Shown here: piece by piece, positions 1 to 9,041 of the stretch
Numbering within the stretch: the first letter of the stretch is position 1
Layout: each line of letters begins with the position of its first letter
Source: Syntrophomonadaceae bacterium
GTDB taxonomy: Bacteria; Bacillota; Syntrophomonadia; Syntrophomonadales; Syntrophomonadaceae
NCBI GenBank assembly: GCA_012511795.1
Contig: JAAZFJ010000162.1
Location: 66-64,065, forward strand
Length of the DNA stretch: 64,000 bases
Direction of reading: 5' to 3'
The notes under the pieces: model-generated
What the model was told of the DNA's origin: nothing
The model's input: only the letters and a program-made list of their open reading frames with translations
Database searches by the model: none
Program-made: the position numbers and the translations under genes

Positions 1-498
1 CGCAGCAAATTTTTCAGTAATATTAACAGTAAAGCTTTTAATGCAATATTGAAGAATCTTGAAGAGCAACAATACTTAGTCAGCAGAAGTAATGAAATCA
101 GTCTTTTTAATTACATTCCGATACCGGGTAAAAAAGAGGAAAGAGCAATTAATTACACTATTGATATTTTGAATCAACAGTTGTTTAATCCGCCTTCTAT
201 TGAAGAAATACAAAACGATCTGAATATTAATAATGCAGATATGGCTGAAGTTTTAAATTATATGGTTAATAAAGGACAGATAATTAAATTGGAAGGAGAT
301 ATTTATTTCTCCAAAATAGCGATTGAAGAAGGAAAAAGGATTCTGGAAGAGTATTTTAAAGAAAATAAGGAACTTAGTTTAGCAACAGCAAGAGATCTTT
401 TAAAAACTTCTCGAAAGTATGCGCTGCCTCTGGTAGAATATTATGATAGAATTCGTTTTACTCGTCGCATAGGAGATATGAGAATTAAAGCGAAATAA
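1..498 (+). CDS. selB: Selenocysteine-specific elongation factor SelB, C-terminal winged-helix (SECIS-binding) part; the 5' part lies outside the window
   Basis: The frame of the 49..498 ORF stays open back to base 1. The tail LATARDLLKTSRKYALPLVEYYDRIRFTRRIGDMRI matches the conserved SelB C-terminus. tRNA-Sec and selD are nearby. Confidence 0.8.
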   Translation, partial: RSKFFSNINSKAFNAILKNLEEQQYLVSRSNEISLFNYIPIPGKKEERAINYTIDILNQQLFNPPSIEEIQNDLNINNADMAEVLNYMVNKGQIIKLEGDIYFSKIAIEEGKRILEEYFKENKELSLATARDLLKTSRKYALPLVEYYDRIRFTRRIGDMRIKAK

Positions 499-577
499 TA
501 ATGATGTAAAGTTTAGTGTAATTAATTTTCATGGCTAACGGAGTCATGATATTAAAAACATAATGAGGAGGAACGGG

Positions 578-1771
578 ATGAAAAGAAATGGTAGAAAAAA
601 AATAGCGGCATTTATAATAATGGTATTTATGCTTGCTATCGTTGCCGGTTGTGGTGGGGAAACAAAGGATACTGGTGATAATGCCGGAGATAAAGCAGAA
701 AAAATTAATGTAGGAGTCAATGTTGAATTATCCGGTGGTGTGGCCAGCTATGGAAGTAATGCCAGAGATGGCGCTATCCTTGCTATCGAACAGGCTAATG
801 CCGATGGTGGTGTGTTGGGTATGCAAATTAACCCAATCGAGAGAGACTGTAAATCCGTGGCTGATGAAGCTATGAGCGTGAGCGCCGCCCTGGTTGGTGA
901 AAAAATCGTAGCTCAGATTGGACCGCTAACCAGCGGGAATGTAGCAGGAAGTACCCCGGTTATGATGGATAATAAAATTCCCCTTATTGCTCCGGCAGCT
1001 ACTGCAGCTAACGTAACAGTAGATGACAAAACCGGTGCAACCAGAGATTATATTTTCCGGGTTTGCTTTATCGATCCATTCCAGGGAACCTTAATGGCCC
1101 AATTTGCAGCTGATAATCTGCAAGCTAAAAGTGCCGTTATTTATTGCGACAACTCCAGTGACTACGGTAAGGGACTGGCGGAATACTTTGAAAAAACCTT
1201 TATTGAAAAGGGTGGCAAAATTGTAGCCAAAGAAGGTTTTGTAAAAGACGATCGTGACTTTAGAGCGGCATTGACCAAAATTAAGGGCTTAAATCCTGAT
1301 TTCATTTATGTCCCTGGCTATTATCAGGAAGTAGCTCCTCTAATTAAACAGGCACGCGAGTTGGGAATTACTGCACCAATTGGTGGACCAGACGGCTGGG
1401 ATTCACCGGATATGGTGAGTGTTGCTGGTAACGAAGCCTTAAACAATACTTATTTTACCAACCACTATTCTTCACAGGATCAGGACCCCAATGTAGTGAA
1501 GTTTGTTGAAGCCTATAAAGCCAAATACAACAAAGATCCGGATGCTTTTGCAGCCTTAGGTTATGATGCAGTACAAATCATGATTCAAGGATTAAAAGAT
1601 GCAGGTGAAGCTGATTCCGTTAAATTAACTGAGGCTCTTGAGAATATTACTGATTTTCAGGGAATCACCGGTAAAATGAGCATAGATGAACAACACAACC
1701 CGGTTAAAGCAGGTGTTGTAATTGAATTTAAAGATGGCAAACAAGTGATGAATACACGTATTCAACCTTAA
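578..1771 (+). CDS. livJ: Branched-chain amino acid ABC transporter substrate-binding lipoprotein (LivJ/LivK family)
   Basis: ATG 578 lies 6 nt after AGGAGG (566-571). It has a signal peptide with lipobox IVAGC and the length and composition of a type I periplasmic binding protein. livHMGF follow. Confidence 0.85.
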   Translation: MKRNGRKKIAAFIIMVFMLAIVAGCGGETKDTGDNAGDKAEKINVGVNVELSGGVASYGSNARDGAILAIEQANADGGVLGMQINPIERDCKSVADEAMSVSAALVGEKIVAQIGPLTSGNVAGSTPVMMDNKIPLIAPAATAANVTVDDKTGATRDYIFRVCFIDPFQGTLMAQFAADNLQAKSAVIYCDNSSDYGKGLAEYFEKTFIEKGGKIVAKEGFVKDDRDFRAALTKIKGLNPDFIYVPGYYQEVAPLIKQARELGITAPIGGPDGWDSPDMVSVAGNEALNNTYFTNHYSSQDQDPNVVKFVEAYKAKYNKDPDAFAALGYDAVQIMIQGLKDAGEADSVKLTEALENITDFQGITGKMSIDEQHNPVKAGVVIEFKDGKQVMNTRIQP

Positions 1772-1782
1772 TAAAATTTAAA

Positions 1783-1814
1783 ATGGAAGAGGGGGTCTTT
1801 TTCCCCTCTTCCAT
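1783..1814 (+). promoter_or_regulatory. Intercistronic GC-rich stem-loop between livJ and livH
   Basis: ATGGAAGAGGGG (1783-1794) pairs perfectly with CCCCTCTTCCAT (1803-1814) around an 8-nt loop. No U-tract follows. Confidence 0.5.
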
Positions 1815-1836
1815 TAATAAGGATTAGTAGGAGGAA

Positions 1837-2727
1837 GTGGCAACTTTGCTGGAATTTACGCAACAAATCGTCAATGGTCTGTCACTAGGTGCAATTTATG
1901 CACTGATTGCTCTCGGCTATACCATGGTTTATGGCATTATAAAGCTGATAAACTTTGCCCACGGTGATATTATGATGGTGGGTGCCTTTGTAGGTTATTT
2001 TTCACTGACACTGCTGGGAACCAATATTATGGTTGCTATGGTGACAGCAATGATTGCCTGCGCAGTTTTGGGGGTAATTATTGAGAAAGTGGCATATCGC
2101 CCCTTGCGTAATTCGACACGTATTGCGGCACTAATTACTGCAATTGGGGTATCTTTATTCTTGGAGTATATAACTATATTCTTGCTGGGACCATCACAGA
2201 AGGTCTTTCCTGAATCAGCTTTTCCAATCAAAGCTTATGATTTGGCTGGACTTTCAGTTTTGAACAAGGACATCTTTGTTGTCGTTTCAGCAGTGGTTTT
2301 AATGCTGATTCTGCAATATATTATTAAATGGACAAAAACAGGGAAAGCCATGCGGGCAGTATCGTTGGATCAAGAAGCAGCAGTCCTCATGGGCATTAGC
2401 GTCGACAAAACCATCTCCATTACATTTGCTATCGGTTCAGCTTTGGCAGCAGCGGCAGGTGTAATGTACGGTGTTTATTATAGTACAGTAAATCCCCTGA
2501 TGGGTATTATTCCGGGATTAAAAGCTTTCGTGGCAGCAGTACTTGGAGGCATCGGCATCATTCCTGGTGCTATGGTAGGCGGATTTTTAATGGGGTTACT
2601 AGAAACGATGGTTAGTGGATACGGCAGCAGCCTCTATCGTGATGCAGTTGCTTTCGGTGTATTAATTTTGATTCTTTTGATTAAACCTACTGGTCTCTTT
2701 GGTAAAGATACCGGCGAAAAAGTGTAG
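1837..2727 (+). CDS. livH: Branched-chain amino acid ABC transporter permease LivH
   Basis: Polytopic membrane protein with LivH-type N-terminus FTQQIVNGLSLGAIYALIALGYTMVYG. The start is ambiguous between GTG 1837 and TTG 1846. Confidence 0.85.
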   Translation: MATLLEFTQQIVNGLSLGAIYALIALGYTMVYGIIKLINFAHGDIMMVGAFVGYFSLTLLGTNIMVAMVTAMIACAVLGVIIEKVAYRPLRNSTRIAALITAIGVSLFLEYITIFLLGPSQKVFPESAFPIKAYDLAGLSVLNKDIFVVVSAVVLMLILQYIIKWTKTGKAMRAVSLDQEAAVLMGISVDKTISITFAIGSALAAAAGVMYGVYYSTVNPLMGIIPGLKAFVAAVLGGIGIIPGAMVGGFLMGLLETMVSGYGSSLYRDAVAFGVLILILLIKPTGLFGKDTGEKV

Positions 2728-3705
2728 GTGAATGAAATGCAGATATTAAAAAACAAGTTCATCAGGTTTTGTGCAGATGTATTGATATTGGCGGCTTTAT
2801 TCACACTGGTGCAGTATTTTATTACTACCGGATTGCTTAATCAGTATTACCAGATAAATTTAGCTTCCATGTGCATTAATATTATTCTTTCTGTAAGCTT
2901 GAGTCTGATCAACGGTTTTACCGGGCAATTATCTCTGGGACATGCAGGTTTTATGGCGGTAGGAGCATATGCTTCTGTTATCTTGACTCAAATGCTGGGA
3001 CAGCCATTTATAGCAGGAATCTTTGCTGCTTGCTTGGCAGCAGGTGTGTGCGGATTTATTATCGGTGTACCAACATTAAGACTTAAAGGCGATTACCTGG
3101 CTATTGCAACCCTGGCATTTGGTGAAATCATTCGCGTAACCTTGCAAAATATTGATTATGTAAATGGGCCTGCAGGGGTGTTGGGAATTACAAAATTGAC
3201 CACCTGGCCATGGTTGTTTGCAGCCGCGGTAATTACGACTTTGGTGGTAGTTAACTTGATTAATTCCAGTTACGGAAGAGCTATTATATCAGTCCGGGAG
3301 GATGAGGTTGCTTCTGAGCTAATGGGCATAAATACTACCAAATATAAAGTTATTGCATTTGTAATCGGTGCGATGTTCGCCGGCCTGGCCGGAGCTATGT
3401 ATGCGCATTTCTTTTATATAATAAAACCGGAAACCTTCAACTTCCTAAAATCATTTGACATTTTAGTAATGGTGGTCTTAGGCGGATTAGGCAGTACTAG
3501 CGGAGCCATTATCGCAGCCATTTTTATAACCGCATTAACTGCTGCACTGCAATCTTTCCCGGCTATCAGAATGATTTTATATGCGCTTATTTTAATTATC
3601 GTAATGATCTACCGTCCTCAGGGATTGATGGGTAATAAAGAACTGAGCAGGCAGACATTTGGCAGGATTTGGAGTGGAAGAAAAAATGAGCATAATCGAA
3701 ATTAA
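2728..3705 (+). CDS. livM: Branched-chain amino acid ABC transporter permease LivM
   Basis: Polytopic permease with GQLSLGHAGFMAVGAYAS motif. It directly abuts the livH stop. Confidence 0.85.
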   Translation: MNEMQILKNKFIRFCADVLILAALFTLVQYFITTGLLNQYYQINLASMCINIILSVSLSLINGFTGQLSLGHAGFMAVGAYASVILTQMLGQPFIAGIFAACLAAGVCGFIIGVPTLRLKGDYLAIATLAFGEIIRVTLQNIDYVNGPAGVLGITKLTTWPWLFAAAVITTLVVVNLINSSYGRAIISVREDEVASELMGINTTKYKVIAFVIGAMFAGLAGAMYAHFFYIIKPETFNFLKSFDILVMVVLGGLGSTSGAIIAAIFITALTAALQSFPAIRMILYALILIIVMIYRPQGLMGNKELSRQTFGRIWSGRKNEHNRN

Positions 3706-4453
3706 TAGCTTAGATAAATCATTTGGTGGTTTGAGTGCGGTGCTTAATGTCAATTTCTTTCTGGAGCAAAATGAGCTGGTAGGGTTGATTGGTCCCAACG
3801 GGGCAGGCAAGACCACCGTATTTAATCTTATCACAGGTGTATATAAGCCAGACCAGGGTAGTATCATATTTAACGGACAAAACATTACCGGCATGGCTCC
3901 ACATGCAATATGCGCCAGAGGGATTGCCCGAACCTTTCAGAACATACGCCTTTTCAATGATTTATCTGTTCTGGATAATGTTAAAATAGCCGCACATAAA
4001 AATGTGCCCTACAATTTTTTTAGTGCTATATTCAGAACACCCGGATTTTTCAAGGGAGAAGAAATAATAGAAAAGGAAGCAATGAAGTATTTAGAAATTT
4101 TTAAACTGGATGATAAAAAGGATGAACTGGCCAAAAATATGCCTTACGGGGAGCAACGCCGTCTGGAGATTGCCAGGGCCATGGCAACTAAGCCTACCAT
4201 GTTGATTCTAGATGAACCAGCAGCAGGGATGAACCCCCAGGAAACCAACGAGTTAATGAATTTAATAGCTCAGATCAGACGGGAGTTCAAGCTTTCTATA
4301 CTTCTGATCGAACACGATATGTCTTTAGTAATGGGAGTTTGTGAGCGAATTTATGTACTGGATTATGGCCAAATTATTGCTGAGGGTAAACCGGAAGATA
4401 TCAGAAGAAATAAACGAGTTGTAGAAGCTTATCTCGGAGAGGAGGGAGAATAG
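3686..4453 (+). CDS. livG: Branched-chain amino acid ABC transporter ATP-binding protein LivG
   Basis: ATG 3686 follows GGAGTGGAAG. It has Walker A GPNGAGKTT, signature YGEQRRLEIA and Walker B LILDEP. It overlaps the livM end by 20 nt. Confidence 0.9.
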   Translation: MSIIEINSLDKSFGGLSAVLNVNFFLEQNELVGLIGPNGAGKTTVFNLITGVYKPDQGSIIFNGQNITGMAPHAICARGIARTFQNIRLFNDLSVLDNVKIAAHKNVPYNFFSAIFRTPGFFKGEEIIEKEAMKYLEIFKLDDKKDELAKNMPYGEQRRLEIARAMATKPTMLILDEPAAGMNPQETNELMNLIAQIRREFKLSILLIEHDMSLVMGVCERIYVLDYGQIIAEGKPEDIRRNKRVVEAYLGEEGE

Positions 4454-5158
4454 GTGCTTAGAAGTGTAGACCTTGATGTTTATTATGGAGCAATTCATGC
4501 CCTGAAGAAATTGTCCATTGAAGTTGAACAAGGAACTATTGTAACTTTAATCGGTGCAAATGGGGCTGGAAAAACGACCACTTTAAAAACTATTTCTGGA
4601 CTTTTACGTCCACGTAACGGCTCCATTGTATATAAAAATACAGAATTAACTAAAGTAGCACCGGAAAAAATAGTCGAGATGGGCATTTCCCAGGTTCCGG
4701 AAGGCAGAAGAGTATTTGCATCCATGAGTGTATTGGAAAACTTGGAAATGGGTGCTTACCTACGTAAAGATAAAAAAGCCATGGCTGATGACATGGAAAA
4801 TGTATTTACCCGATTTCCCCGCTTAAAAGAACGAAGAAAACAGATGGCAGGAACACTTAGCGGTGGTGAACAACAAATGCTGGCAATTGGCAGGGCATTA
4901 ATGGCAAGACCGCAGTTACTGCTGATGGATGAACCATCTATGGGATTAGCTCCCTTATTGGTGAAAGAAATATTTGAAATTATCAAGGATATCAATGAGA
5001 AGGGAACGACTATCTTACTGGTTGAACAGAATGCCCATATGGCTTTGTCCATAGCCCATAAGGCTTATGTTATAGAAACTGGCGAAATTGTTCTTCATGG
5101 AGAAGCGAAAGACTTAATGAATAGTGAAGAAGTAAAAAGTGCCTATTTAGGCGGTTAA
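4454..5158 (+). CDS. livF: Branched-chain amino acid ABC transporter ATP-binding protein LivF
   Basis: It has Walker A GANGAGKTT, signature LSGGEQQMLAIG and Walker B LLMDEP. Confidence 0.9.
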   Translation: MLRSVDLDVYYGAIHALKKLSIEVEQGTIVTLIGANGAGKTTTLKTISGLLRPRNGSIVYKNTELTKVAPEKIVEMGISQVPEGRRVFASMSVLENLEMGAYLRKDKKAMADDMENVFTRFPRLKERRKQMAGTLSGGEQQMLAIGRALMARPQLLLMDEPSMGLAPLLVKEIFEIIKDINEKGTTILLVEQNAHMALSIAHKAYVIETGEIVLHGEAKDLMNSEEVKSAYLGG

Positions 5159-5188
5159 TTTATTAGTGAAATTAAAGGGGGGCAGACC

Positions 5189-5851
5189 ATGAAAGTAAAA
5201 GACCGTATGACAATCGGGGTTAAAACAGTTCAGATGGATACAAGTGTAGCTGAAGCTTTTCGTATGATGAAAGATAATAATATTCGCAGGCTTCCGGTAC
5301 TTGATAAAGACAAGTTGGTCGGAATAATTACATTAACAGATTTAAATCAGGCAGCGCCTTCGACGGCAACCACATTAAGCATTCACGAGCTTAACTATCT
5401 ACTGGCAAAAACGAAAATCAAGGATATTCTTCCTAAAAAACAAAAAGTCATTACTGTTACACCTGAAAATTATATTGAAACTGCAGCAAAGATAATGCGG
5501 CAAAACAAAATAAGCGGCCTGCCAGTTCTAGAAAATGGCAAGTTGGTAGGGATAGTAACGGAAACAGACATTTTTGATGCTTTAATTGATATTTTAGGGG
5601 TAAAAAAAGTCCATAGCAGAATTGATTTATATGTAAAAGAAAGACCAGGCAGGCTGGCAGAAATTACAGCAATTATAGCGAATAATGGAGTTAATATATT
5701 AAATACAGTTGTTTATTACGAAGAAAAGAAAGAAAAGTACAAAGTAATACTACGGTTAGAATCATTAGAGAATGAAGCATTGATTAAAGCCTTTGAAGCA
5801 CAAGGATACGAAATAGAATCTGTCATAGTTCGAGCCGAAGAAGACGAATAA
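5189..5851 (+). CDS. CBS-pair plus ACT domain protein (AcuB-like)
   Basis: Two CBS-like repeats (IRRLPVLDKDKLVGIITLTDL and ISGLPVLENGKLVGIVTETDI) are followed by an ACT-like C-terminus. Confidence 0.7.
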   Translation: MKVKDRMTIGVKTVQMDTSVAEAFRMMKDNNIRRLPVLDKDKLVGIITLTDLNQAAPSTATTLSIHELNYLLAKTKIKDILPKKQKVITVTPENYIETAAKIMRQNKISGLPVLENGKLVGIVTETDIFDALIDILGVKKVHSRIDLYVKERPGRLAEITAIIANNGVNILNTVVYYEEKKEKYKVILRLESLENEALIKAFEAQGYEIESVIVRAEEDE

Positions 5852-5864
5852 GCAATAACTATAT

Positions 5865-5893
5865 TTGACTTTTGTCATTTGAGGTTATATACT
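5865..5893 (+). promoter_or_regulatory. SigA-type promoter for tRNA-Sec
   Basis: TTGACT (5865-5870), a 17-nt spacer, then TATACT (5888-5893), about 28 nt upstream of the mature tRNA 5' end. Confidence 0.6.
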
Positions 5894-5920
5894 TTTTATC
5901 GCAATAATATTGTCTTTTTC

Positions 5921-6019
5921 GGAGGCGGATCGGTCCTGGTGGGTCGCCTGGACTTCAAATCCAGTTTGCGCCGTAGTGATCCTGCGGTGGGTGGGTTCGA
6001 TTCCCACACGCTTCCGCCA
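5921..6019 (+). tRNA. selC: tRNA-Sec (anticodon UCA), 99 nt with encoded CCA
   Basis: The anticodon stem-loop is CTGGA-CTTCAAA-TCCAG, giving anticodon TCA. It has a long variable arm, T-loop GGTTCGATTCC, an extended acceptor stem GGAGGCG/CGCTTCC, discriminator G and CCA. Confidence 0.9.
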
Positions 6020-6030
6020 ATAAAAAATAC

Positions 6031-6059
6031 AGCACCAGGTTAAAACCGGGTGCTTTTTA
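6031..6059 (+). terminator. Intrinsic terminator after tRNA-Sec
   Basis: AGCACCAGG / CCGGGTGCT stem with one mismatch, followed by TTTTT. A preceding A-run could let it also serve the convergent minus-strand gene. Confidence 0.6.
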
Positions 6060-6160
6060 GTTTCTATTCAAAAAAAATATAAAAACAGACAATAAATTTA
6101 TTTCCCGGGAAATATCTACAAAGAATTATTTTCTATTGATATTTTGACGAAGAAGCAAGA

Positions 6161-6751
6161 TTAATGGACATATTTTCTTCGGCCATAATAACCAAACGCA
6201 GCCAATATCAGTATAAGCCCAATGATAACCAGTGTTAGTTTTATATCCTGATATTTAAAAATACTTATACCCAACCCTGTATACAAAATGGCAGTCGGAA
6301 TTTTACCTAAAGCTGAAGAAAAGAAGAAATTCCAAAAAGATACGCCAGTCACTGCTGCCGCAGCATTAATAGCTGGTGTAGGAACAACCGGTATAATTCT
6401 CGCAATTAATATGCTCCAGAAGGCCAAACCAATATCCATTTTATCAATATCATAGTTAAAACGCTTTTTAATAAAACGTTTTGTCCAATCGGCAGCAGCA
6501 TAACGGCATGCCCAGTAAGCTAAACTAGCACCAACCAAAGCACCTGCCCAGGAAAGTAAAAAACCCATTTTAAAACCAAAAAGCAGACCACCAGCAGCCG
6601 CCAAAATAATATAGGGGAAGACCGGCAGTGCTGCCTGTAATACGAATAAACCAAAAGCGACAAATGGGGCTAAAAACCCAAATTCTTTGAGATAACCACT
6701 CATTAAATATAGACTGTTAAAAATTTGAATATCCATTTTATTCTCCTTCAA
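6161..6751 (-). CDS. TVP38/TMEM64 (DedA-superfamily, SNARE-associated) membrane protein
   Basis: 196-aa polytopic membrane protein with family-typical size and layout. The assignment comes from overall sequence character only. Confidence 0.55.
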   Translation of the reverse strand: MKENKMDIQIFNSLYLMSGYLKEFGFLAPFVAFGLFVLQAALPVFPYIILAAAGGLLFGFKMGFLLSWAGALVGASLAYWACRYAAADWTKRFIKKRFNYDIDKMDIGLAFWSILIARIIPVVPTPAINAAAAVTGVSFWNFFFSSALGKIPTAILYTGLGISIFKYQDIKLTLVIIGLILILAAFGYYGRRKYVH

Positions 6752-6947
6752 AGGGCATAAGGCTCTTTTTCAGATATACACTAATTATATAATAACTGCA
6801 ACTGTTTTCTATTATCAATTAAATAGAAAAAAGCGAAAGTAATTTTATTATATTATACGCTGGTATACCAGCACTCTTTCCATTGTTAATATTTGTATTA
6901 TATTAATAATGCTATAATCATTAATAACTTGATCCTGAGGTGATGTT

Positions 6948-7604
6948 ATGCACACCAATTTGGTTGATTATTTTATTATTTCAATCCTATTCTTAAGTGC
7001 CTTGAATGGTTATAGACATGGATTAATCGCCTCATTAGGAAAAATGATCAGCGCATTGCTGGCAATTGTGGCAGCGATATTTTGGAGAAATGATTTTATT
7101 AATTTCTTAGATCTAAAATTTAATATTGTTAATAAGCTCAGCAAACTTATTATACAACAGGTGCCTGTTTTAGCATTATTTGAAGAAGAACATTTTTTAT
7201 CATTTATCATTAAAAACGAAGAGATTCTGAACCCAATACAACAATTAGCTTGTTTTATATTTCAACCGATATCTTTTGTAGTATTATTTCTAGTAGCTTA
7301 CCTCTTTTTAATGCTCTTTTTTAAGGTGCTAAGCTATATTGCATCTGTGGGTGTTTTGGGCAGCTTTAACCGGGTGCTGGGGATGGTAATAGCCATTTTG
7401 CAAACAATACTTATTTTCTCTATCATTGCAGGTTTAGCAATACCGCCATTAGAGATTGCTGCCAGATTAGATATATTTGGAGCGGCAGAATTCTCAAATT
7501 ATATGCGGGATTCGTTACTCATTAAATATTTGGGGAGCTTATTTGATAATTTAATTATCATAATCAATAATATGCATAGGCAGTTGCCTTGGCCGGCAAT
7601 ATAA
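6948..7604 (+). CDS. CvpA-family membrane protein
   Basis: The N-terminus VDYFIISILFLSALNGYRHGLI and the four-TM layout are typical of the colicin V production protein family. Confidence 0.5.
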   Translation: MHTNLVDYFIISILFLSALNGYRHGLIASLGKMISALLAIVAAIFWRNDFINFLDLKFNIVNKLSKLIIQQVPVLALFEEEHFLSFIIKNEEILNPIQQLACFIFQPISFVVLFLVAYLFLMLFFKVLSYIASVGVLGSFNRVLGMVIAILQTILIFSIIAGLAIPPLEIAARLDIFGAAEFSNYMRDSLLIKYLGSLFDNLIIIINNMHRQLPWPAI

Positions 7605-7635
7605 GAATACTGTATTAAGGAGGCGGATTATAATA

Positions 7636-9015
7636 ATGTCAGATAAAAAACCACAGGCAGGAAATGCATGGCTTAAAATGAATGATGAACAAATAAAATT
7701 ATGTAATCAGTTTAGTATGGGATATATTGATTTCTTAAATGAAGTAAAAACTGAAAGAGAAGCAGTTTCATTTATAATCAATAAAGCTTTAGAAAAAAAT
7801 TTTCAGCCATTGGAACAGATCCCAAGGATTATGCCGGGGAATAAGATAGTAGTTAATATAAAAGATAAGGCAGCGGCACTTTTAGTAGTTGGGAAAAGGC
7901 CTTTAACAGAAGGATTAAATCTGGTGGTATCTCATATCGACACACCACGGATAGATTTAAAAGCAAACCCTGTATATGAAGCAGATGGATTAAGTTTATT
8001 CAAAACTCATTATTATGGAGGTATAAAAAAATACCATTGGGTTGCTATTCCGTTGGCCTTAAACGGGGTAGTATATAAGAAAAACGGGACCCCGATAAAT
8101 ATCAGGATTGGACTCAAAGAAGGCGACCCGGTATTGACCATAGCCGATTTGCTGCCTCACCTGGCAAAGGAGCAGATGGAAAAGAAAATGGCGGAAGTTA
8201 TTACTGGTGAGAGACTAACTCCCGTTGTAGGCAGTCGTCCTTTATCGGAAGGAGAAAGTCCTGTTAAAGAAAGAATATTACAATTTTTTAAAGAGCGGTA
8301 TGATGTAGAGGAATCAGACTTTATCAGTGCAGAATTACAGCTTATTCCAGCCATTAAAGCCAATGAAGTAGGGTTAGACCGCAGTATGATCGGAGCTTAT
8401 GGGCATGATGACCGGGTTAGTGCCTATGCAGCTTTACAGGCGGTTCTTGAAGTGAATGATCCGGATATTACTGCTTTGTGTCTTTTTGTTGATAAGGAAG
8501 AAATAGGGAGCACAGGCAATACGGGGCTGCAATCTATCTTGCTGGAAAATTTGATTGTTGAATTAATGCACTTAAGTGGCCCGGTAGACTATTTTTCGGT
8601 ACGTAAATGTCTTTCACAATCATATGCTCTTTCTGCGGATGTAAATGCAGCAGTAGATCCGAATTATCCGGAGGTTTTTGAAAAAGACAATTGCAGCTTC
8701 TTGTCTCAGGGGGTAGTTCTCACTAAATATACCGGTTCCCGAGGTAAAGCTGAATCTAATGATGCCAATCCTGAGTTTTTATGGAAAATGCGTAAGCTTT
8801 TTGATGACAATGGCATCGTATGGCAAACCGGGGAATTGGGAAAAGTCGATATCGGCGGCGGAGGTACAGTTGCTCAGTATTTAGCCCGTTATGGTATGGA
8901 AGTGGTTGATTGCGGCGTAGCAGTTTTAGGGATGCATTCGCCATTTGAAGTTGTCAGCAAGGCAGATGTTTATATGTCCTATAAGGCGTACTTGTCATTT
9001 ATGCAAGCTTTTTAA
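7636..9015 (+). CDS. M18-family aminopeptidase
   Basis: It has metal-ligand regions VVSHIDTPRIDLK, GAYGHDDRVSAY, DKEEIGS and GMHSPFE, in a 459-aa protein. Confidence 0.8.
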   Translation: MSDKKPQAGNAWLKMNDEQIKLCNQFSMGYIDFLNEVKTEREAVSFIINKALEKNFQPLEQIPRIMPGNKIVVNIKDKAAALLVVGKRPLTEGLNLVVSHIDTPRIDLKANPVYEADGLSLFKTHYYGGIKKYHWVAIPLALNGVVYKKNGTPINIRIGLKEGDPVLTIADLLPHLAKEQMEKKMAEVITGERLTPVVGSRPLSEGESPVKERILQFFKERYDVEESDFISAELQLIPAIKANEVGLDRSMIGAYGHDDRVSAYAALQAVLEVNDPDITALCLFVDKEEIGSTGNTGLQSILLENLIVELMHLSGPVDYFSVRKCLSQSYALSADVNAAVDPNYPEVFEKDNCSFLSQGVVLTKYTGSRGKAESNDANPEFLWKMRKLFDDNGIVWQTGELGKVDIGGGGTVAQYLARYGMEVVDCGVAVLGMHSPFEVVSKADVYMSYKAYLSFMQAF

Positions 9016-9041
9016 AATTACCAGCAAGGGAGGGGCAATTG

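Noticed and set aside
6100-6113. A 14-nt perfect palindrome, ATTTCCCGGGAAAT
   Set aside because: It lies in the 3' flank of the convergent DedA-like gene. It is most simply a small terminator or stabiliser hairpin, and nothing else supports a special role.
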